The notes below the pieces were generated by a model that saw only the letters and a program-made list of their open reading frames with translations, was not told the origin of the DNA and searched no databases. A DNA stretch of 64,000 nucleotides from Andalucia godoyi And28 (lineage: Eukaryota; Protista; Jakobida), in NCBI GenBank assembly GCA_009859145.1, contig VRVR01000018.1, forward strand, positions 5,688 through 69,687, given 5' to 3'. Below are positions 40,071-50,243 of this stretch, piece by piece. Every line of letters begins with the position of its first letter. Position 1 is the stretch's first letter. A program made the position numbers and the translations under genes.

Positions 40071-41564
40071 TCAAAAGATTGACCTCCTTGCGGATGCCGG
40101 TCCTTCTTCTTCGTACACATCTCTCTTGATGCCGATTTCCTTGAAAATATCCATATTGGCAAGCATGGCACCTCCGCAGTACGGCGCTCGCTCCAGCGAC
40201 CACGATGCCAGGTAGTCCACACGCTCAACTGTCTCCACCTGAACGGCCGTCGCAGAAGGCTTTCTCAGCAGCTTGGACAGTTCTGATCGCAGTCTCGCAG
40301 TGAAATGAGATAGTTTCGCACCCACCGACCCTGTAATCAACACGCGCGAGAGCAAGTTGTCTCGCATTTCCCGTGGTACGTGCTCGAGGGATTCGAGCAC
40401 CAAATCGATAATGGAATCCATCACCGCGACTCCGGTCACAGGAGAGACCCCGCCGATTCCGGCCCGCAGCAGAGATGCTGCAAATTTAGACTGTGGGGCA
40501 GCAGACGGTCTGAAAAACACGAATTCGGGAACAGCATACACCGCCCTTCCATAATTGTGACCAACATTGGTGAACGGTTTGCGTTCTGTACGGTCAAAGT
40601 CGTCCACCACATGGCACAGCTGTGTCTTGACTCTCTCCACTTCGGCATCGGCCGCACTCAGCGCAACTGGAAATCCCGACCCGGTTGGCTCATCGTGCAG
40701 CTGATGATCCTGCTCAGTCTGTTGATCCTGCTGTCCTTCTTGGCGTTGTTCCTGCTCACCGGATTGCAGCTCCACGGCAGAAACCCCATTGATCGACGTG
40801 TCTTCTCTTGCTTTTTCTCCTTTTTCCAACACGGATTCTTCTTCTTGTGCTTGCGATTGATGATGGCCCTGCCTCATTTGTGGCGTCTGCGGGGCTTCCG
40901 TGGTTCCCGTGGCTTCCGAGGTTTCGGAAGCTCGTGGCTGCGCATGGCTCGGCTCCTGAGACCGATTTTCTTGCGCAATCGCTGTTTCGCCACCATCCAC
41001 ATCCGTCATGGAGACATCCTGATCGCCATTGTCCGCTGCGGCCGCCGAACTGGTCCCCACAGCATCCACAGCGCCGTCCATGAAATCATTCAGCTTCCCA
41101 AGATCCAGCAGCACTTCCTTTAACGCGGCAGAAAGCGTTTTGCCTCCCGCAGCAGACGTGGTCACTGCGCATCGGACCACATCGCCTTGCACAACCGGTG
41201 TGATTGTCGTTCCGGAGTGCCCGATATCAATGACAAGTCCCGTTGAATCGCCCACAGAAAACAATGCCGCTGACGCAGAGTTCAGGAACGCAACGTACGG
41301 AATGTCGACGTCCTCGACCAGGAGCTGCAGCACCTGTTCGCGCTCAGAAAGCGACCCTGGTCCCGGCGCATCGACCACCAAAAGAGGCGTCTTTGAAAGA
41401 TCCACGCCGAGAGATGCCAGTGCAGATGCATAGTCAGATGCCATGTCCGAAGTAGAGGCCATTGTCAGCACTGGTGGAGAATCTGCACCTGCAAACCCCG
41501 CATACGTAATATACGAACCTCGACAAATCACAGCTGTCTGAATGTCGTCGTAATAGTCCTCCAT
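40071..41564 (-). CDS. Divergent actin-related protein with a long acidic/Gln-rich insertion
   Basis: GSYITYAGFAG, TGLVIDIGHSGTTITPVVQG, VPEFVFFRP, LLSRVLITG and YEEEGPASARR. True start probably the ATG at 41564. Confidence 0.85.
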   Translation of the reverse strand: MEDYYDDIQTAVICRGSYITYAGFAGADSPPVLTMASTSDMASDYASALASLGVDLSKTPLLVVDAPGPGSLSEREQVLQLLVEDVDIPYVAFLNSASAALFSVGDSTGLVIDIGHSGTTITPVVQGDVVRCAVTTSAAGGKTLSAALKEVLLDLGKLNDFMDGAVDAVGTSSAAAADNGDQDVSMTDVDGGETAIAQENRSQEPSHAQPRASETSEATGTTEAPQTPQMRQGHHQSQAQEEESVLEKGEKAREDTSINGVSAVELQSGEQEQRQEGQQDQQTEQDHQLHDEPTGSGFPVALSAADAEVERVKTQLCHVVDDFDRTERKPFTNVGHNYGRAVYAVPEFVFFRPSAAPQSKFAASLLRAGIGGVSPVTGVAVMDSIIDLVLESLEHVPREMRDNLLSRVLITGSVGAKLSHFTARLRSELSKLLRKPSATAVQVETVERVDYLASWSLERAPYCGGAMLANMDIFKEIGIKRDVYEEEGPASARRSIF

Positions 41565-41822
41565 TGCCCAATTCACGCACACGCACTCACACACACTCGC
41601 AAACGGCCAGCAGACCTCGAACTCCACAAATCCAAGAAATAATAGCACGATAGGACAGAAAGGACGCAAAGACGCATTCTGCACAAAATGAGAGGGAAAA
41701 AACACGTGAGGGGGCTCAAGAATCAATTGATTCTGCGACGGCTGCTGATTCTGCAGGCATTCTGGGAATCGACCGAGCCAAAACGATGTGCAAATCAGCA
41801 ACGAGTTTGCAGGAAAACGCGA

Positions 41823-41924
41823 AGACAAGACGACACACAAGACGGGAGACAAGACGGGAGACAAGACGAGAGACAAGACGAGAGACAAGACGAGAGACAA
41901 GACGAGAGACAAGACGAGAGACGG
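41823..41924. repeat. 12-bp minisatellite (AGACAAGACGAG)x8 in a divergent promoter
   Basis: Eight units from 41823 with degenerate first units; ends 9 bp before the ATG at 41933. Confidence 0.92.
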
Positions 41925-41932
41925 AGAGGGGG

Positions 41933-42325
41933 ATGCAGCTGACTAGCTTACTGTCAATGATTGCAGCATTGGTTTCGGTCGCCAAGGTAGTTCATACACG
42001 CCGAGTCCTGCAAATTCAGACGCCGCGACCGGTGTCTTTTCTCGAAGCGACTGTCCATGCATTCTACGATGTGTCCGACCGCGTCATGGACTCTATCACA
42101 ACAGAGTATGAGCGTGTTCTTGCCATTACGGATGAGAGAAGCCGAACGAGAGATCATATCCAAATGTTGCGATTCCACGATCAGCAACAACAACAACAAC
42201 ATCATCAGAATGGACTGCCTGCGTCCATGATTCAGTTCGCTCCATTGACACCAAGTCATGAATGGACTGCCAATGCAAATCCACAGGTTCAGAGACAACA
42301 AAGAGCACTTTCGTCCATTCACTAA
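41933..42325 (+). CDS. Small hypothetical protein with hydrophobic N-terminus and poly-Gln
   Basis: ATG at 41933 (MQLTSLLSMIAALVSVAK), 130 codons. Confidence 0.4.
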   Translation: MQLTSLLSMIAALVSVAKVVHTRRVLQIQTPRPVSFLEATVHAFYDVSDRVMDSITTEYERVLAITDERSRTRDHIQMLRFHDQQQQQQHHQNGLPASMIQFAPLTPSHEWTANANPQVQRQQRALSSIH

Positions 42326-42922
42326 TTAACGAACTCCGGCACTCTGTCTCACTGGTCTTTTGATCGCTGCCGCCCCTCGTCGTTGTCTGTACACTGCCGG
42401 CTTCTGTGCTGCGAACAGTTAATGAAGATGATGTACAGAGGCTCATCTTTTCTTCTTTTTCCCGTTTTTTTTTTTGTGGGAAAGCGGGTCTTTTGCAAAC
42501 CAAAAAGCACGTGGAAGAAGTTGGAAGGGAAGAAGAAGCAATAAGAGCATTTTGTTGGTACCCGGTCTGCGGTCCCTGGATGAAAGATGATTGCGGGTAT
42601 CGACTGTTTGTGTCATTCCTGCCAGCTTGATTTCGGTAAAATGATCTGCTGATTCCGTGTTTCTTCAGTGTTATGCTCGTTGCTCGGACTTGCGTTACTC
42701 AGCAGCAAACGTGGAAAACAAAGAGGGGAACCAGTCGTACATCATCCTTTCGCGCAAAACAAAAAACGGGCAATCAAAAGCACTTTGATTCGCTCCCGCT
42801 TTCCTGTTTTTGTACTGTTTTTGGAACTCGCTTCATCTTTATTTAATTATTGTTATTATAAATATAAATTGACAGTCGCATACACGTGCGAGTTGGGAAG
42901 GAGAGGGAAGAGACCGACACAA

Positions 42923-43543
42923 ATGGGGCGATTGGCACGAACACGACACCATGTGAATGATAAAGGACACAGTCGAGGTCTGAAAGCAAAGAACCGGACT
43001 CCCGATGCGGATCAAGTCGAAAAGTATCTCGAAGCAAAAGCAAAGGGAATCAAACTCCCCACGTTGGACGCAAATGCACACAATGTCTTGTCATTTCCTA
43101 CTGGTATGTGACTTGCTTCTTTCTAGGACGCTGGAATTCGCACTCTGCCGAAAGTCAATTTGCAAGGAGATGACTGATATTCTAATTTTTGTTTTGATTC
43201 GATTTTGTATTGTTGATGCGTTTTTGGTTCGGATCCGAAACATGGGGTAATAGTTTCAATGTCGGAAAAGAAGATGAAAAAGCTGACGGATGCACAAGTT
43301 GAGCTGGGTCGAGACTTTGATTTGCCGGGCGGTGGAATGCATCTGTGTCCCGAGTGTTCGCGGTATTTTATCGATGCAGACGCGCTTGTGACGCACAACA
43401 AGTCCAAACAGCACAAACAACGAGTCCGACAAATACGGAATACCCCAGCGTATACACTTGAGGAATCAAGGGGGGCTGCTGGACATGGTTCGTATCACAA
43501 GCCGACAAAGAGTACAGGGTCTGCGGCAGAGCCTATGGAGTAA
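42923..43543 (+). CDS. BUD20: Bud20/ZNF593 ribosome export zinc-finger protein, two exons
   Basis: Exon 1 42923-43103 (MGRLARTRHH...KNRTPDADQ), intron 43104-43253 (GTATGT...TAG), exon 2 DLPGGGMHLCPECSRYF...HNKSKQHKQRVR...AYTLEES. Confidence 0.88.
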
Positions 43544-43762
43544 AAAAACAAAGTGACACATGGTGGAGATTTAAAAAACCGTATATGTGGGTTTGTACAT
43601 TATTTGGCGTGGTCGTTGGCGTCCATGTTTGTGTTTCGATGTTGCAATGAAACGTTAGTGAATCCACGGCCGTCTGTCATCTGTTGGCGCACGTGTCTTG
43701 GACTTTTGGTGAGGGCAGAAAAGTATCACGCATTGTCGAAACAAGCAGTCGTCATTGGAAGC

Positions 43763-43917
43763 AACGCCTACATTATACACTGAAACATGCAAATCTACGG
43801 ATAGACATGCATATTCAATCTTGCATCCCGTTGTCGGAAAGGGGATAGGCCCCCAACACGCCACACGGCGTTCTTCAGATAGATGTTCCGCGCTCCGTTC
43901 CCAATCTCGATCAATCT
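43763..43917 (-). ncRNA. Putative omega-RNA scaffold, copy 2
   Basis: Hairpins CGCC-GTGT-GGCG, TGTTGG...CCGACA and a long stem at 43781-43817 with a TCCG loop. Confidence 0.5.
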
Positions 43918-44282
43918 GTGAGCCACTTTCTCAGCGTGACACGTTGTTCCTGAGAAGGGTGCATTTTGATTCTGACGGCCCTGTATCGAGCGGCGTAGGC
44001 GTAGGCGAATGCGTCATCCCAGCGCACTCACGCCCACATTTGAATTAAAAACGTGAAACCAAAAAAAAAGTGAAACCAACGAATGATAGAATAGATGGCT
44101 ACGGATGCTGCGTTAAAGAGTGTCGAAAATGCGGAGCCTGTGTCACCAGCTGAATTCTGGCCGAGCGTGCGTAAGCACGAATTCCCCTGTGAAACAAACG
44201 TGCTAGTGTCGGCCAGTGTCGACCATGTCTGTTTATGGACACTTCCGTATGCATGACAATGACATGTTATCATTCAACGGCT
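43763..44282 (-). mobile_element. Non-autonomous, internally deleted Fanzor/TnpB-like element, copy 2 (element A2)
   Basis: Homologous to 10685-11247. The minus strand encodes YRAVRIKMHPSQEQRVTLRKWL, then IDRD (43915-43904) and NGARNIYLKN (43899-43870), with the same deletion junction and 1-nt shift. Confidence 0.75.
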
Positions 44283-44733
44283 GCTGGGAATACACACTCT
44301 CCTTCCGTAAATTCCGTTGCCGTCGCTTGATTGCATTTGGTGTTTTTGGTTCATTTCTACGTTTTTTTGTTTTGTTTTGTTGTGTGTGTGCGTGTGCGTG
44401 TGTGTGTGTGTGTGCATGTGTGTGAGTGAGTGATAGTGAGTGATAGCGATTGAGATTAGTAAACAGCAGCAGAGACATAATTTAGAGATTGAAGTCTTCT
44501 GCAACCGTTTTGCTGTTCTCTCTCAACCCTCCCTCGCTGTCTGTATCTCTGCGTTTCGGCTTTCGTGTTGTTTTTCACGCTGCAGCCGCTCTGCTTTTTT
44601 GAGTCTTTTTTTTTGTTCTGTGTCTTTTTTTCTTGTTTGGTGATTGCGGACCGTCGGATTTTCAACAGGGCTTTTTATTCTGCGCGTTTGTTCCCCCCCC
44701 CCCCCCCCCGCCCCCGTCTTTCTTACCGAAGAG

Positions 44734-46410
44734 ATGAGCTTGTCTTCTGCCAAACCTGGAAATGGACTTTTGGTTCACATCAATGGATCTCGAGGTGCGT
44801 TTGCGAATCCACAGCACCCAATTGCTCCCGTGACTGCGGCGGTTTCTGATATATTGTCAGGAAGACCACAATCTGTGGTCCATGGGACGCGAGCATTGCG
44901 ATCGTTTTGCAAGAATGCATTCCCTTCTGCGAGTGTGTTTGTCACACATTCTTCGGTTATCACAGATGGCTCTGTACCGATCTTTGGCTCTTCTTCTTCT
45001 CCGGGTTCTCCTAATCACAAATCAAGAAAAAGACACGCTTCATCATCATCATCATCCCTGATGAACAAGTCACCGCTGGTCGAAAAGAACAGCCAGCCCC
45101 CAATGTACAAAGGAGTGAGGCTGACTGGGTATGCACTGCTCGGTTTGATGGTGAAGCATGAGCCGAGACTTGCAGAAGCAATCGCGGCTGTCTTTGCACT
45201 GGTGGGAGAGGACGACGTGCGGTGGACAAGGTACGTCCTCAGCTCGATGGCCAGTTCAGGTTTGACGCAAAATTTCCCCTCGAACATGCATTTTTCCGGT
45301 GGAGAAAACTCCCCAGGTCGAACCAGTTCGTCAGCCACACCGTCCTTTTCTGCATCTACCTCTCATTCTCTGCTAAGAAAACGATGGCAGCAGCAACACC
45401 ATGCACGGTTGCTCATCGCACGAGCTTTGTGTCACACTTTGGATGCACTCTGTGTGCTCATGTGTCATCCTGATGCCGCGTTTTCCATCATCCCGTACCC
45501 CGGAATTCTCCCCGGGATCGCTCGTTTGTTACTGTCGCCGTCCGTGTTCAAGGCTGTGCGCTCTCGTGCCATCGTGGTGTTGGACGCTGCGGCGGCAGCG
45601 TCGGACGGTCAACTGTGCCCAATGATTGCGACCACAGATGGCATCCCCGATGGACTTGTTCGGGCTGTCGTTGGTTTTGACGATATTGTGCTGCCCGCTG
45701 TCTCCTACGGGTCGTCCAGCGAAGATGGTGGTGCTTCTTCTTCTCCCGACTCCAGCTTCTACGGCTCAGAGTCTGGTATGCATAATGGTGCGAATAGCGC
45801 GCGGAACATGCCGAGAAGACACGGTGCAATGTCAGTTGACGCAGAACTGTTTCAGATGCTTGCCTCCGACGATGGAGAAGGCAGAAACATCGGAGAAGCG
45901 CTGTATGACGCTGTTGCCTCCGAAGCCCAAATGGACGATTCAATCCTGTTTCACGGTCTTCGGTGCATTGACCGACTCTGTGGTGGGGGTGGATCCGAAG
46001 CTCGATTTTTGATTTCGAGGGCTGGGAGACCGTCGCTGATCAGCGCCACTACAACTTCTGCATTCTCCAACGCTCCGACCCCCGTGCTTCTCTCCTCCTC
46101 TTCCTCTTCTCCATCTTATTCTTCTTTAAACGGCCCCATGGCAAATTCCATGGCGGTCGATATGCTTGCTGCGTGTGTCAGCGGCCCGATCTTGCATGCT
46201 CGACAAGTAGCTGTCTCGATTTGTCTGCGGCTGTCTCAGGACCGCGAAAACCGGACCTTGCTCGCCAAGTCTGAGGATCTTATGCGCGCTTTGCTGATGC
46301 TTATTGACGACCCAACGTGCTCCGAGGAAGAGAGAATCAGGTCAAATCAGACGCTAGAGATGCTCAGCTCAGATCCTCTTTGCCGCAGAGTCCTGGGAAT
46401 TGATGGCTAG
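44734..46410 (+). CDS. Hypothetical armadillo/alpha-solenoid protein with Ser-rich inserts
   Basis: ARM-like helices (GILPGIARLL, GIPDGLVRAV, ENRTLLAKSEDLMRALLMLI). Confidence 0.65.
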   Translation: MSLSSAKPGNGLLVHINGSRGAFANPQHPIAPVTAAVSDILSGRPQSVVHGTRALRSFCKNAFPSASVFVTHSSVITDGSVPIFGSSSSPGSPNHKSRKRHASSSSSSLMNKSPLVEKNSQPPMYKGVRLTGYALLGLMVKHEPRLAEAIAAVFALVGEDDVRWTRYVLSSMASSGLTQNFPSNMHFSGGENSPGRTSSSATPSFSASTSHSLLRKRWQQQHHARLLIARALCHTLDALCVLMCHPDAAFSIIPYPGILPGIARLLLSPSVFKAVRSRAIVVLDAAAAASDGQLCPMIATTDGIPDGLVRAVVGFDDIVLPAVSYGSSSEDGGASSSPDSSFYGSESGMHNGANSARNMPRRHGAMSVDAELFQMLASDDGEGRNIGEALYDAVASEAQMDDSILFHGLRCIDRLCGGGGSEARFLISRAGRPSLISATTTSAFSNAPTPVLLSSSSSSPSYSSLNGPMANSMAVDMLAACVSGPILHARQVAVSICLRLSQDRENRTLLAKSEDLMRALLMLIDDPTCSEEERIRSNQTLEMLSSDPLCRRVLGIDG

Positions 46411-46936
46411 GCACGCAAGGCTGACTATTCTATGGGAGGTTCTAGATATTGGTTGGGTTGTTGTTGTTTTGCTTTTTAATTTTTTATTTTATTTTGGTTT
46501 TTGCACCTTGTATTACTATGACTCTTTTTATCATTATGACCGCTACTGTTGTATGTTGTGGACGGCGCTGTATAATTCTGTTTTTTTATTTCTAATTTCC
46601 TGTTTGCCACTTTCCTCCATCCCCGCACGAAATAAAACCGTCTACAGTGCAGTTGGCGGGGGAAAATCAAATGCTATTTGCTATTGGATATCCTCAATGT
46701 GCGTGTAGCAATTAGATCCACGATGTCTGTGTCCTCGATTGAGGCAGGTGTGAAAAGTTGCAGGGGCCTCACGAAAATGCACACACTTGAGTCGATTCAT
46801 TCTCCTTTTGCTTCTCGTTTTATTTCTTATTTTTTTTTATCGTTTATAATAATTGGTTCTGATTTTTTCCTCTTCTACCTCTACTTGTTCGTCCTACGCA
46901 GCAGAGCAGGTCTCACTTTGAAGAAAGAGCAGCAGA

Positions 46937-48748
46937 ATGACACGATCGGGCCGGTATGCAAAACCGGTAAAGTCTGAAGTGGCGAGCGTTGCTGAAGAAA
47001 GCCAGCCTCCAGAGTCTCCTTCCGTGGCCTCGAGTTCCGGTTCACTGGGCTCCATCTCTGGGCATTCTGGGCTGTTCTCGTCTTCCTCTGGCTCGTCGTC
47101 CTCTGCGTTTGGAAGCACAATTCCCGCCAATAGCATCGGTGGTTCCGCTGCTGTAGTCGCAAACGGCACGAATGGGGGAGGAACAGCAGCTGGAACGGCG
47201 GCCCAGAACAACAGCAGTTCGGCTTTCCGGCGACTGAACTCGACCGGTGGACCAATGTCGTCGGTGCCGTCCGAGGCGCCCTCCGCCCCTGTTCTCGATG
47301 CTCCGTCGTCGACAAGTGTTTTTGGAAGCTCTGCGTCTTCCTCTTCTATGCCCGCGAACTTTGGATCTCTGTCCAACCCGGCTGGCAGTGCTGGAAACGG
47401 GAATGCTGGTGTCCAGAACTCGCTGATTGGAACGACTCTGCCTCCGGTCGGCGTTCCAACTGCGTCCAGCGCATCAGGTGCTTCGCACGGAAAGGGTACT
47501 CGGGGCTCATACAAGGCCTCGAACGCAGCTTCAGTTCCGAGCGCCAGCGCCGGTGCAACGAATGAAAACAGCAGCAATACAAGCAGCGTGTACGCAATTC
47601 CCGCAGGCGCGCATGGAAGCATTTTAGCCCCGTCTTCTGCATCCTCCTCTTCTTCTTCGTCTTTACAGCACCAGCTGCAACAACAGCAGTATCAACAACC
47701 GCAGCATCCTTTGGCGCCTCGCATCGAGTGGCGCCATGGCCGAACTGGGGCATACCAGGACCACGTGGACGAGCGTGTGTATGTTGCCTACACGCACGTT
47801 GTCCGTGTTATTTGGAGCATGCCCATCCCAATGCCGGTGTCAGTAAAGCTGGAGCTTGTGGACGCCACGACTCGAGCGCCTGCAAACATTCCGTTCCACG
47901 ATCCGTCCTTGGCAGCAGGTGGTTCTTCAACACCTACCTCTGGTGGTGGTGGTGGTAGTAATGGTGCACCGTCCACCAGTCGGATAGTTCGGGCGTCGGT
48001 TGGTGATTCTGTAGTGGAATTCCAGCGGTTCCAAATCGTGAAGCGGACTGCCGGTGAAGGACGCAAGATCATGTTCCGGGTCACAGTTACTCCAGAGAAT
48101 GGCACGTCGAACGAACAAATTATTGAGTATTCTTCGCCATTTGATGTTGCTGCCAGAAAGCCGGTGCAGAACGAAAGCAGGAACAAGAGGGAAATGAGAG
48201 CCAGAAAACGCATGCTCCGTGAAAACGGGCGCAGTGGGAAGAGCGATGAGGACGGAGAGTTTGCTAATAATAATTCGCATCACAACAACAATGATGGATC
48301 GGAGGAGGATGGAGACGGTGGTCGAAATGAAGATGACGTCCACAGAGGAGGGTCGCAGGGTGGGATTTCAAGTCAAGGACCGGGTTCATTGAGCCAGGCA
48401 CTTGGCGGATTCTCGCAACCTCTAATCCCTGAGCTCCCTGTGGGAATTTCGCAATCGCACCTGGACCCCAAGCATCTGCTGCGATCGATTCACAGCTCTC
48501 AGCCGCAACAAAGTTCAGGAGGCTTCCATTCCTACGGCACCAGCTCGTCGAAGATTTCTCGTGTCCAGGATGGCGATTCGGTGTTCTCTTCGTCTCGATT
48601 CCCGTTTTCGCAACAAGGCGCGTCGCAGGACATTGATGCATCCCAGCATTATGCGCTGATGGTGCCCCCTGCTCTGGTCCCCTGTTCCGAGTCTGCTGTC
48701 CAGGCTTCTGTCGTTTCCGCCGATCAGTCCTCTCAAACAGATGCCTGA
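46937..48748 (+). CDS. Ser/Gly/Gln low-complexity protein with a central beta-rich domain and basic NLS; putative transcription factor
   Basis: Ordered block of about 47710-48170 (VSVKLELVD...VEFQRFQIVKRT...FRVTV...YSSPFDVAARKP) followed by RNKREMRARKR. Confidence 0.6.
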   Translation: MTRSGRYAKPVKSEVASVAEESQPPESPSVASSSGSLGSISGHSGLFSSSSGSSSSAFGSTIPANSIGGSAAVVANGTNGGGTAAGTAAQNNSSSAFRRLNSTGGPMSSVPSEAPSAPVLDAPSSTSVFGSSASSSSMPANFGSLSNPAGSAGNGNAGVQNSLIGTTLPPVGVPTASSASGASHGKGTRGSYKASNAASVPSASAGATNENSSNTSSVYAIPAGAHGSILAPSSASSSSSSSLQHQLQQQQYQQPQHPLAPRIEWRHGRTGAYQDHVDERVYVAYTHVVRVIWSMPIPMPVSVKLELVDATTRAPANIPFHDPSLAAGGSSTPTSGGGGGSNGAPSTSRIVRASVGDSVVEFQRFQIVKRTAGEGRKIMFRVTVTPENGTSNEQIIEYSSPFDVAARKPVQNESRNKREMRARKRMLRENGRSGKSDEDGEFANNNSHHNNNDGSEEDGDGGRNEDDVHRGGSQGGISSQGPGSLSQALGGFSQPLIPELPVGISQSHLDPKHLLRSIHSSQPQQSSGGFHSYGTSSSKISRVQDGDSVFSSSRFPFSQQGASQDIDASQHYALMVPPALVPCSESAVQASVVSADQSSQTDA

Positions 48749-49206
48749 TTTGCCCCAGTCCGTTCCCCGGTTTTCTCTCTCTCTCTCTCTCTCTTTTGAT
48801 GTATTCTTGCTCACCCCTCTCTTTCTCTCTTTCTCTCTCTCCCCCCCACCTCCATTTCCATCTCACTCTCACTCTCCTTTTTTCCGCCTTTCAGCTCCTG
48901 TTTTTGGAATCTGATCGAAATTATCAACTCCTTTCATCTTGTAAAACGTTTTGGAAACACCCAACCAAACCAGGACACACACACAAAAGAAACGTTCTAT
49001 TCGCATGTTTTTGACATTCATTTTTTTATTATTATTGCTACTTTCTTGGCCCCCTCTTCCCCCGCACTTGCTGTTGACAACTGCCGACGACACACAGTTT
49101 CAAGTGATCATTTGCAACCCTTTTCAGCAAATCTCCCAGCCAGAGAGCGGCACATACAAAAGACGCACGCGCAAGACACACGCACAGGCCGTGGTGAAAA
49201 AGGGAA

Positions 49207-50097
49207 ATGGAGAAGTTGCGTGTTGCACTCATCCAGTTTTCATCGACTGTGAACAAGAGCGAGACGCTTGCCAAAGCACGCGAATTAATTCGCCGAGCCA
49301 CAAAGGAACACAGTGCTCACTTGGTGGTGCTTCCCGAGTGTTTTAATTCTCCGTATGGAACAAAGTACTTCAAAGAGTATGCAGAGAACCTCGCTGCAAT
49401 GCATGATTTGTTGCGAGTGGGGTCTGAGGTGTCTGCTGCCGATTTCCAATTTTCCGAGTCAATGAAGATGCTTTCCGAAGCTGCGAAAGAGAACAATGTG
49501 TTTCTCGTTGGTGGTTCTGTTCCAGAGTCGCGTGTCAGAAAGTGTACAGAAGAGCTGTACAATTCAACGGTGGTGTTTGGACCATCGGGGGTTCCCTTGG
49601 CTCATTACTCCAAAATGCATCTGTTCAATATTGACATTCCAGGGAAGATTACGTTTCGTGAATCCGAGGTTCTGACTCCCGGTGAGAAGCCAGCGGTGTT
49701 CAGGATTGGGCCGTGGAACATCGGACTCGGTATATGCTTTGACATGCGCTTCCCAGAACTTGTCCTCAGCTATGCAAACAAGCACAACTGTCAAATGGTG
49801 GTGTTTCCCGGCGCCTTCAACATGACCACAGGACCTGCGCATTGGGAGCTGCTGATCCGCGCGCGTGCATTGGACGGACAGTGCTATGTTGCAGCATGCT
49901 CGCCCGCGCGCGATGAAGCGGCTTCGTATGTTGCATACGGGAACTCCATGGTCGTCGACCCATGGGGAGAAGTGCTCATGAGGGCTGGTTCCGCCGAGGA
50001 GATTATCGTCACGGAATGCACTCTCGAGAAGGCGGAGGAAATTCGCAATGCCGTTCCCATTCGCGAAGGCAGAAGACCCATTTCGGAATTTCTGTAA
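49207..50097 (+). CDS. NIT2: Omega-amidase Nit2 (carbon-nitrogen hydrolase)
   Basis: VLPECFNSPYG, HYSKMHLFNIDIPGKI and GICFDMRFPEL (E-K-C triad); AFNMTTGPAHWELL. Confidence 0.93.
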   Translation: MEKLRVALIQFSSTVNKSETLAKARELIRRATKEHSAHLVVLPECFNSPYGTKYFKEYAENLAAMHDLLRVGSEVSAADFQFSESMKMLSEAAKENNVFLVGGSVPESRVRKCTEELYNSTVVFGPSGVPLAHYSKMHLFNIDIPGKITFRESEVLTPGEKPAVFRIGPWNIGLGICFDMRFPELVLSYANKHNCQMVVFPGAFNMTTGPAHWELLIRARALDGQCYVAACSPARDEAASYVAYGNSMVVDPWGEVLMRAGSAEEIIVTECTLEKAEEIRNAVPIREGRRPISEFL

Positions 50098-50243
50098 AAG
50101 GACTGTGATTTTCTGCTGTTTGCTCTTCTTTCTTTACGTTTTATAATTGGGGCTGTTGTGCACAGATTCTGACGAGCAAGGATGCAGGATATCCTACACT
50201 GTCTTGGATTCCGGAAGCGTTCGGGATCTTCTGCGGTGGCTGG

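Noticed and set aside
46894-47622. Long antisense or overlapping ORFs across the window (e.g. 46894-47622, 5674-6519, 8005-8856, 15061-15897)
   Set aside because: They lie opposite well-supported genes in GC-balanced coding DNA and carry no motifs; typical shadow ORFs.
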